From positions 1 through 58,732 of the forward strand of contig JYFJ02002349.1 in NCBI GenBank assembly GCA_000934665.2: 58,732 nt of DNA, in the 5' to 3' direction. Below, one piece after another: positions 1-10,600 of this stretch (the first letter of the stretch is position 1; each line of letters starts with the position of its first letter). The stretch comes from Catajapyx aquilonaris. Its lineage: Eukaryota. The notes beneath the pieces were generated by a model. The model ran no database searches. It was not told the DNA's origin and worked only from the letters and a program-made list of their open reading frames with translations. A program made the position numbers and the translations under genes.

Positions 1-184
1 GGTCTTCCCTGCACGACACTCTTTGGAGGTTGTCAGGAGAGCAAGGATGGTGATATGTAATGGTAATAAGTCATCTTCTAGCCAATGTAGAGGGAATTCT
101 GATGCAAATTTAATCAGGGGTGTGTGTAAGGATTATCGTCCGTGATTTTCGTCGTTCCGTGGCGTCATTGTGTCGTTTTTCTGC

Positions 185-363
185 CCGGAATGGACAGGTT
201 TCCGTATTTAGCGGAAACGTGTCCATTCCGGAAAATTCCGGCTGGACTCGCTTTCATTTCGGAGTATAACGCGAATGCATGACCTGTCCATATGTCCGTT
301 CTTTTAAAAAATTCGGAATGGACAGGTTTCCGTTACACTCAGGGTCCGTTATGGACAGGTTTC
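185..363. repeat. Cluster of direct and inverted copies of the motif (C)GGAATGGACAGGTTTCCG, probably a DNA-transposon/MITE subterminal region
   Basis: 185-204 and 212-231 form a 20-bp inverted repeat (1 mismatch, 7-nt spacer). Further copies lie at 281-291 (inverted, partial), 314-332 (direct) and 351-363 (direct, partial). Confidence 0.7.
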
Positions 364-979
364 ACTTATAACGACCTGATTTTGCCAGAATTGATTTTCT
401 CGACCCTGAAAACATGGGAAATGACGCCAGAATGACCACCGGAGCCCAACAAATACGCAGAAAACACGCGATTTTCACTTATGCCACATATAAAACTTTG
501 CGGGGGTGTACAACAATTAACAGACACCTTTGGAGGTGGCTCTTACCCTCAAAATGCTCCTTATGGTGCGTACATCACGGAAAAAAATTAAAATGGCTTT
601 ATTTGGCTCGAAGTGCATAATACTTTCAATAAGCCGCCGTACTATATGTGGAGGGCAACGGTTGTATGTGTTGGAGCAGCCGTATCCTCAACAGAGCGCG
701 CTAGTGTAGTTACGCACGAGGCCTATAGAGGCGAAAATGATTGACAGACTCAAGCACGTTCGAGATTAACGAGATAATGCGGAAATGGACATGGTTACGT
801 GAGTAATACAGCCGAACCGTACACGCCGAATGTCAATCACAAATAGACAAATAGTAAATGAAGCTGTGCGACATGTATGAATAAACGTGGTCATAAACAG
901 CATAAAACCGGCTTCATCTCGGTTACAATCGAAATGGTCTTGTAACCGAAACGAAATTCGAAATAATCCGTGCACCACG

Positions 980-1410
980 ATTGGTCAGCCTCCTCAAGTC
1001 TAGGATATGATTGGCTCACATTTTATGCCCTAATTAATCAGTACTATCTACTCACCAAATATAATATTTGTATTTAATTATTAAACAATTAAAGTCAATC
1101 AAATTTTGACGACGAATTAAGATTCTAATATATATGTAACACTGAATGTGACGTTTTTGTGCGTCTAATGCTGATTGGCTGTGTTCGTCCAATCCTGATT
1201 TCTTATTGGCTGCCAGTATGTGCGCGCGCACAGTGCTTCCTCCGTGTAAATCCACTTCCTCTCCCCTGTCCCCTTCCCGTTCCTTCCAGAGCCTCACTTT
1301 CCTTCCAGAGGCTGACCACATCCGTTGTTCTTCCCTGCCATCCAGGCCTCCTCTGTTCTTCCCACGTCGGGTCAGCCCTTGTGTTCTACTATCCACCAGC
1401 ACAAGTAAGT
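980..1410 (+). promoter_or_regulatory. Candidate CCAAT-box promoter and non-coding first exon, probably of the Tudor gene
   Basis: ATTGG/CCAAT at 980, 1010, 1174, 1189 and 1205 (pairs spaced 30-31 nt), then a pyrimidine-rich stretch and a consensus donor AA|GTAAGT at 1405. The first coding exon at 4603 is preceded by an acceptor, so an upstream 5'UTR exon is expected. Confidence 0.35.
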
Positions 1411-4400
1411 CCGCTGCATTGCAATGGCTCCATATGGAACGGTTTTTAGGGTTAGAAACTTTGAAGGGCGGGGCGTTCTTTGTGTGCCCACACGTGGGGA
1501 TTCGAACGGTCAGATTTTACGGCCAATTTTACAGAGAAAAATGTAGACTGAATTAAGGACTTGCAGGCACTAGGCCTGGTACACAATTTGGGGTGTTTTA
1601 GACTGGATTCTGATCCCGGTTGCGGTTCATATACTGCGGGGTGTGTGTGGCTTCTCAGGGACGGTCTGTTGCTGGGGACGCAGGATGATGCCGAGGCCTT
1701 CTCAGGGGGGGTTGCCGTAGTTACAGGCTATTGACCGGAATAGGATAACGAGCAGTGGGACAAAGAAGGGCTTCGACACTGGATGGATAGCGTAATGCCA
1801 ATTTGCAGAATTTCTATGGCAACGCTTTTCAAGGGGTCAATTGCAGTCGCGCCAATTAGTGAGGTACAGATTGGCAAAGATGCATTGGCCGTCGTGTGGA
1901 AGAAACTGCGCAGGCCAAATATTTTTGCCCTGATAACTAGGGATCGTCCTGTGCAGGTGGTGGCCATGTTGAGATTAGATCAGCTTTGCCCTCCGCCTTA
2001 GTAGGACGGGCAAATATGTACTTTTTGATATGGTATAGGTGGAACCGGGTGGAACAACCCCTGAAGGCAGATCCCACCCACTCTATCTCAATGATATCCA
2101 TAACGAAAACCCAAACCCAGTTCTGGCAGTAAGGGGCTTGCTACGACATGCATGTCATACTATGAACCCACTCATGTGAGTGAAGGAATCTGAACACCAA
2201 AGTAAACAATGTACATGGGGCATAAACAAGTCCACAAGATTGGGAGCCTGGCATTCCTCTAAGTTACTATGGTTGGGATTCCATTAAATGGAGGCATTGA
2301 GAAAGGGGGTGGTGTGGCAGCTGATGTCCAGAAGGATTCATAATGTGGCATGAAGGCTTGCATTGTTCATTGTTGCTCCTGCCAACTCATTTGCCTGCCC
2401 TTTAGGCATTTTTAGTCAAACTTGTGTCAAAATAAGTAGGGGAAGTTCTGGTCTGGGGAGAAGTCACAGGTGTCATGACAGACTAGACTGGCATAACATG
2501 TTTGCTTTCAGGAAGGATTCACCCCTGCCATCATGCACAGGAGGAATGGTGGTAGACACAAGCAAGTGCCATAATTTCATACAATAAATGCTGGTGTGAT
2601 TTTATGCATTTTAGGAAGGTCTTTGGTTATTTTAAATTTCTGCTTTGGCAACTTGACACTTCTGCATTTTATTAATAATTTGAGTTTGCTAGGCATATTC
2701 TCCCTTTTCCTTTTGTTCTGATAGCTCCGTAACATGTGGACATTGTGTTTGCAGAAAGATGTAGTGCCTATGTACTATATCGCTCAAAAAGATCAAGACC
2801 AGGGATGGAAAAAGAACCGCTTCCTGGAAGGAAGTGGTTCTTTTTGCATCCCTGCACCCTGCATCCCTGCAAGACGATTTTCTCTTTGGTTTCTGTGCAA
2901 AATTGTCTTATCTTTTTGAGCGATCTAGTACATATTGAGCAGAACGCTTGTGACATTATTATTATTCAGTGAAGCCTGTTTTATTAATTATGCTCTTTCC
3001 AAGGCTAAGTGCATGTGCCCCCTCTTTGTTCTGATGGATGCAGGCCTCAAAAATAGGCTACTTATCTCATCACAAATGGGATATTAATTTTTATTGCTGG
3101 TGGTAAAGGGGTCCACGCAAGTGGCAATTTGGGAAAAGCATCCTCTGGCTGGCCCAGTTGGAGGGTCACATACCCAATGACCTCACAGCTCTCATCCACT
3201 GTCTTAAAGCCATGTCATACAGAAACTGAAACAAAGCTGTGATGGAACTTCATTAAGTATTGGACACAGGGTACCTTAGGTGGTGAGTGGGAGCTGACAT
3301 AAGAGGTTGATTGGAGTATGACCAAGTGCACATGCTTTTAACTAGTCCCTGCACGCATCAGACAGCTTACCTTGGTTATTAGCACCGTTGGTGGCAGCAC
3401 AAAAGTCATTAAGTTGGTTGTGCATGATTGTCTGCATGACTTGCAGTGGTCTGGTGCAGTGCGCACAAATAAGGTATTGTCTGGTCTGAAGTGCTGACCG
3501 GATGAATTCTTGCAGAAGGATGGAGCATCAGAGAAGGGAATATGCAGAACTTGCAGATGACTGGGATCCAATGAAAGAGCATTTCCGTGATAAGGATTAT
3601 AATACTTATTCTGGTGGCCGTGCCTATGGGTCAAATAAGGCCAGGTACAGTTTTCAGCGTTTGTATTAGTGGAAAGCTAGACTTGCTATGCTGGGTGTTC
3701 GTAAGCAATAGAACTGGATGTGTACGTGTCTTGGCTGTAATCAAAATGAAAGGTACCATGAACTTCATAATTAAGCTTGATGGCAAGAGAATCCACGACA
3801 TTTTCGCTAGTACTTAATGTAAGCTCAATTATGAAATGCATGGTATAGGTCTCTCTTCTTTTTCCTTTCTGTTTCTCTCTCCATCTGTCCCGGCTTTGCG
3901 TCGTCTTATAACCAGATAGCCATAGTTGGTTTGGCTTCTTCTTAATGAGCCACAGCAAACCATCGCATAGGTCGTGTCTTATGTGTTACAGATAGCTTGG
4001 TTTTTGACTTGGGAAGTGACATTTGGTGAGGAAATAGTAGTGCATAATGACTGAGAATCACAGTGCACATAAGATACTGACGGCTAGTGGAATATATTGG
4101 CTTGAGTGGCAGTATTTTGGGTTGTATATTTTTTTGGAAGGTTGACACAACAAGGATTACGAGTCCCAGTACCTTATGCTGCATCATGGTGAGAATTTTT
4201 ACAGTCAAGTTTGATCCCCTGTGATAGTTCTAATCCAAACTGCACCACAGGATGAAGGATTTTCCACTGTCGGACTACGTTAATTGTAGTATGGGGCCAT
4301 ACCATGAGAATGAGCTATGCTGTTTCATTTTGGCGAGAGCAAATGCTGACGTCACGAATTCTCACCAATTGATAGAAGGTGTGCTGTCCAGCTTCAGAGA

Positions 4401-4603
4401 TCCTTGCTGCTGCAATATGGCACAATCAAACTTGCCAGAGAGAATTTTCACTATGATGAAGCATATGGTCCTGGGAATGCAATGATATTGTGAATGTGAG
4501 CTTGCATGTTCCAGAGAAAAGCAGGGTGCTCACGTTGCTTTTAGATTGGTGTGTGCACAAAATTTGGGAGGATGGTGCGCTAATTGTTATTTTTTGTTTC
4601 AGG

Positions 4604-7600
4604 ATGTCTGCGATCGAGAACACCGCCTTGTACATTCAGGGGTTACCACCTGCTCTGACTGACGTAAGTTCTCATATTACATGTATTTTTGTCAAATTGA
4701 GGATGGAGAGGCCACTGCTTGATTTGAATCTGAATACCATTTCTGTAAGACTACCAACATGTAAAGGTCCCTGGTAAAAGTGTCCAGCTCCACTTCTGAT
4801 TTATTACCCTACACATCCCCTTGCACTGAAGTGGCAAGCACAGTAGGTGTAAACAAAGGGCAGCTGGAAAAGTATGGTTGCTTTGTGCTTTTGGAGTTTG
4901 TAGTTTTCCTCCAAGAGGAAGATACTTCCCACTCCTTGTGCTAGGCTGTTGCGAGCTCGTGAGAAACAGAACAAGTCGCCAATTTTTGAACCCCGTTGGT
5001 CCGTTAATTTAGGCACTGGACCTGCAGTTGGTTTTTAAAGTACCTCGTAGTTTCTTTCCCCCTCTATTCCCCCTCTATTCCCCCTCCAGTCCCCCCNCCC
5101 CCCCCCCCCCCCATTACACTTCCTACTAATTTGATGTGCTCAAAATTTAGTCCTTTTTACCTAGCGATTCCAAGACAGCTGACTTTTTCTCCCTGTGGGT
5201 TCCAAATTTTGAAGTATTAGTATAGGCGCGGCCTATTTCTGCCTCAAACCAATGTGATTGGCTCTCCTCCACTCACTTGTCAATCCGTATCAATCAGACT
5301 CAGGTTGTAGCTTGGGGAAGCTGCTGGCAGGGTCTCATCACAGGAAAGCAAACAAGCAAGGGGGCTGGTTGGTAGGGGCCTAAAATCAGGTTTGACTGAG
5401 GGTGTAACAACTCCATTTTGTGTACACCTGATTGGGATTGCTGAAGATCGTCGATGAATGTGGAAGATTTAAGAGGATTATCGATGATTGGCAAGTGATT
5501 GCGTTTGAATGTTGGTGATTGCGGAACAACTGTGAGTGATTGCTGCAATGGTTTCACTGTACTTCATTATCACAACCACTAGATATCTGGCATTGGTTCA
5601 CATGCACAGATGCTTACACCCACACTTTACCATGCAGGAGGAACAGAGATTCATCTGCCATGGGCAGAGTGTGGTCCGTATCATACAGGCTCCCTGTATA
5701 TGGTACTCCACTGTTCTGAGCCACACGAGTGCAGCCCCAGCTGATGAATCTGGAAGCTCAGCTCTAGCATTGAGACATTGGCCCCAAAGGCAGCATTGCC
5801 TCAGCGCTGGCTACCAAAGTTGAGAGCAAGTTAGTGTGGCTGTGTGGGGCCAATGTCTCAGTGCAAGAGCTTCCAGATTCATCAGGCTGGGGCTGGACTC
5901 GTGCGGCTCAGGGCAGTGGAGTATACTGGTAGCCTGTATAATATGGACCACTCTGCCCGTGGCGCAAGAATCTCTGCTCCTCCTAGTAAAAGGTGGGTGC
6001 AAGCATCTGTGCGTGTGAAATAATGCCAGATTTCTCGTGGTTTTGATGTTGTAGTACAGTGAAAGTGTGAAACCTGTGTCCAACGAAATTTTCCATCATT
6101 GATAGGATTCCGCTATGAGAGACCAAAAAAAAGGCCAAAAAGGCTCCATTGCGAAGAAATCCTAATGACCTGCCATTTTCCACTAGGAATACTAATACTC
6201 GTACGTTGCAGATGCGTGCTGAATGATTATGTGAAATACATGACCATTGACATGACTGGTTTGGCAGCCCATTGTTTAGAGTTAGACAGTGACCTTTCCT
6301 CTTCCACCCTCCCTTTCAAACTTCCAGGCCCTCTTTCTTTCGCCCTCATTCCCCACTACTACCCTCGAGGGTGCTGTCCCTGTAGGCGGAGCCTTGGCCT
6401 GGAGTTTTAGGCTTGACCCGGTTTGACCTTGCCTGCGACGCCCGCCATCAGTTGAGATTTATGTGTGTTAAAATTGGCATGATTTCGTAGTCTCCTATTT
6501 TCTGGGTCACAGGTCACGGGAAAATTATTATGTCAGTGCCGTTCAAAAGAGAATGGCTGACTCCTTTGGTGCTCCTCCTTACAGATTCGACATTTTGGTT
6601 ACCTTTGCCCTGAGAGCAGGCTTGAAAACCCCATTTTTCGCCATATTTCGGAATTTTTATTTGCCAAAATAATTAATATTTTGAAAAACTAACAAGGAGA
6701 GACGAAAGGGGATCTCTTCATAGCATGAAACTATTTTTAAGTTAGAAGTTGGTGGCCAATTACGGAAGAAACAGGAGACTACGGAGGTCTGTTTTCCGAG
6801 ACAAAACTCTATGTAGAAAGGACTCGTAAGCTTGGGAATTGTGTTGACTTGTTAGCTGCAGAGTAACACTTTCCAATGAGAATGTTGCACTCTCGGAAGT
6901 CTACACAAGTTGCAGAAATGAATTATGTGGCTGTGGAGTGTGAGAAAGACTGATACAGAGCAGTAATGGTCAAATTTTCTTCTTTCAGAATGGCGCCAAG
7001 AACTTAATTGAAGAGGTAGCCTTGCGACGACCGCATACTGTTAAAATTGAGCAGACCCAGCAGTTGTGGGCTATTGCCGTATTCGATACCTGTGAAAATG
7101 CGCAAACCGCACTTGAAAAGCTGAATGGACACCGGTTTGCTAATTGTACCGTGCCTCTGTCAGTAAAGTTTAAGACACCAAGGCGTGCGGGTGGCAGCTA
7201 TGAAAACTATGGCCAGAATGCACAACATGGGGAGCAATCTGGCCGGCCGTCACAGTATAGGAGGCAAAACTACAACCAGGATTCAGGTTACAGGATGAGG
7301 TCCCGCAGCGTAGGGCGAGAGCTCCTGAATGATGAGTCCGGTGAGAGAGATGCACCAAGAAGGTCTGTTGAGTCCGGTGAGAGAGATGCACCAAGAAGGT
7401 CTGTTGAGTCCGTGAGGGACAACAATAACCTGAGAATCACCGTTGGGCCGCCATTACCTGCTCTGCACATCCCAAGCACCGCATGCTTGTATTGTGGTGG
7501 AGACGCCCAAACTGTTTGCGCTGCTTGGAAGGTGTGCCATGGCTGGTACTGTAATAAGCGGTGCCAGCAAGCACACTGGACGATTCACCAGCAAACTTGC

Positions 7601-10600
7601 CCTGGCCAGTAAGTCATTGTTCCGACATACGTTTTCAAAACTGCCATTTGAAAGGCTTGCGACCTTTTTTGATCAGAATGTGATTTCAAGGTGAAGTCAA
7701 GTGAACATGATCCAATCAAATCTGTAGAGAGCCAAATGTACCCCTCAGAAAGCAGAAGTGGATCTGCTATGGAAGCGGAGCACCTGCAGCTGTCCTTACC
7801 GTGGGATGGCATAATGACACGTAGTCCAGTCAAATTGTCATTTGAGGCCACAGCCTAGAACTAATTGCAATAAAATAGGTGTCAACTGATTTATAGTAAA
7901 AAAGGATGCTTAAAATGATGGAGCAAAGTGAACTGCTGTCGGGTCGCACCAAAAGCAGCCATCTTGAAAAAATGGCTGCCAAATCAGGAATGTTAGTCAA
8001 AAACATTTTATATCACGGAAACGACTAGGTTTTAATGAACATTGAACTGGACATTAGTTCTTGATCCATCAACAATTTCACTGGCGTAATGGGCCTTTGT
8101 GGGACTTTGGATCAAAAGAGGTCGGGTGAGAAGGGACTTAGTCTAGACTCGAGACCTTCTGCCATTCAGATTGAGCCTTTGGGGAATGATTCCTTAAAAT
8201 TCCAAAATTTTGTTCGTGGACTTAATTATGGCCATGTTGATATGTGGGTACTGTGCATTTTCTTTTGACTCAACCTTGCATTTCTTGTGAAATGTTACTA
8301 ATGTTAAAAAGTAGTTTAGAAACAGTGAAGTTGAAAATACCTTGTACGTTTTAGTACTTCAGCTTGGTAAATACTATTTCAAATTATAGCATTGTCATTG
8401 CCTATGCCTTCTCATAAGGCTGGTGACCTATAGAAAAAGAAAGTTGTGCACATAATTGCATCAGGATAGTAATGGTACTTTTTCTGACCAGGGCATCTGG
8501 GGGAAGTGGAACCTTAGCCTATGATGAAGACGGCAGGAATAGTCGCATGCAGTCCACCCCTCAAAGCAGCCCAAGGGACCAGATGGGAAGGAGCCCAAGA
8601 GGACGTGGTGGCAGCTTCAACAAGAAGGGTGGTGCTCCTAACATGCGCAATATGGAGGAAGATCAAGAAAGCCCAGCTCTGAACAAGAGCGTCAGTCAGG
8701 TCCGGAGGTCCTACCAGAATGACGATGGTGAAGGGGGAAGAGATTCGTACCAGCGGAGGGATGGTGAGGGGACGTTCAGAGGCAGGGGTCGCGGTGGCAA
8801 CCAAGGCAATAGGCAAACCTATCGCCCCAGAGATGCTGAGAATCACGATAACAGAGGTGGAAATGAGGGCAATATGGAGGAAGATCAAGAAAGCCCAGCT
8901 CTGAACAAGAGCGTCAGTCAGGTCCGGAGGTCCTACCAGAATGACGATGGTGAAGGGGGAAGAGATTCGTACCAGCGGAGGGATGGTGAGGGGACGTTCA
9001 GAGGCAGGGGTCGCGGTGGCAGCCAAGGCAATAGGCAAACCTATCGCCCCAGAGATGCTGAGAATCACGATGATAACAGAGGTGGATATGAGGGTGTCGG
9101 GAATGGGGTAGATTCCCACAAGATGAGGGGTGGAGAGACCTATCAGAGAGGGAGGGGACAGCGCGGTGGCAGAGGTCACTTTCAACGTGGTGGCAATCAG
9201 CGCCAGGATGGCAGTGACCGGAGGGATGGAAACTATGAGATGGAAGATCTCCAGGGCATACAGGATGGGCGTGACCAACACAAAAACTTCAGGGGCAAAC
9301 CTGTGAATAATAGAGATGGCCCTAACATACGTGGCAATGGCAGGCCAATCAAGTCAGAAGGATTTGATCAAGAAGACTGTGCCACAGCAGAAGGATGTGA
9401 GCGGCAGGGACCCAAGCAAAATGGCGCTCGTGGAAGACAGGCTTGTGGCACGGGAGGATCTCGTATCCAAGGAGGTTCAGGTTCTGGGGAGGATGGAAAC
9501 AAGGAGCCAGGGATGCTGGAGGATAAGCCTTCCAAGTCGGATATGAGAGGACAGACTGAATCCTCCACCTCAGGGTCTGAGCCTAGGAATAATTCTCCTA
9601 GGCCCACAACATTCGATGAACCTGCTACTCTTTCACCAAAGGAGGGTGTAGAGTCGAGCTGCACTCTGGCTCATTTTGATTCCCCTTCAGACATCTGGGT
9701 ACAGCTCTCAAGCAATGCAGGAATCCTGAAAGCCATGACCGCTGAGTTGGAGCGGAAGTGCAAGCATACGTCGCCTCTTGACACATCTGAACTGAGAAAA
9801 GGGCGTGTAGTTGCGGCCAGGTATGAAGGGGGTTGGTACCGAGCTAAGATAATCTCCACCGATCCAAGCTTGGTCGTCCAGTATGTGGATTTTGGCAACA
9901 ATGATGCTGCGGACTTGGAGGATGTGGTCAATATTCCCCAGCACTGTGGGAAGGTGCCACCCCTTGTCACCCACTGCCAGCTTGCAGGTGCGAAGCCAAA
10001 GTTTGAAGAAAAGGAATGGCCCTTAGAGGCAAGTGCCCTGCTTGATGACGTTGCAAAGCAGGGTGACCTGATGGTGGAATGCGTAGCTATGGCAAGTTTT
10101 TCCTTTTTGTTGCATTACAATATACTGCTGTTGGGGTGAAATATTTAGCTAATGTTTCTGTTTCTTAATTTTACAGAAGAAAGGAAAGGCCATCATCAAC
10201 TTGTTCAACTGCAAGGGAGAGTGTGTGTCTGATCTCTTGATTAGTAAAGGCTTTGCCCAGCCTACCTTTGATGTCGAAGTTAGTGATGATTTAACGGGTG
10301 TATTGCCAAAATCAGAACAGAAGCCAGCAACTAAACCATCACAGCAGCCAGCAACTAAACCATTACAGCAGCCTGTCCCATCTCCCAAGCAGATGCCTGC
10401 AGCTTCTCTTAAGCCCTCGCCACCAGTTCCAAAGAAGATTTCATATCCTGCTCAAGGATCCTACCTCTCAGAAGTGAAGCCTGATGATATTTTTAATATC
10501 CTTCTGTCGGAAAAGCCTGCCAGTGCCACCTTTCTGGCTATGATCTATCCGCCAGAGGAGGGGATTTTCAGTGCAATATGTGCCATAGAAGACTTACCAC

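Noticed and set aside
185..363. CRISPR-like repeat array
   Set aside because: Copies are in both orientations and irregularly spaced, the context is eukaryotic, and there are no cas genes.
5057..5112. Poly-C tract with N (and poly-G with N at about 42156-42172) as G-quadruplex elements
   Set aside because: Ambiguous bases show that the homopolymer lengths are unreliable assembly.
5536..6083. Pair of paralogous small proteins on opposite strands
   Set aside because: Their similarity is just the inverted repeat, and indels between the arms break the frame.
6483..6785. MITE bounded by an approximately 18-bp inverted repeat (CGTAGTCTCCT / AGGAGACTACG)
   Set aside because: The match is short and imperfect with no TSD, too weak to define an element.
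8514..9281. 255-aa hydrophobic antisense ORF
   Set aside because: It is the shadow of the purine-rich RGG exon and its duplication, with no independent features.
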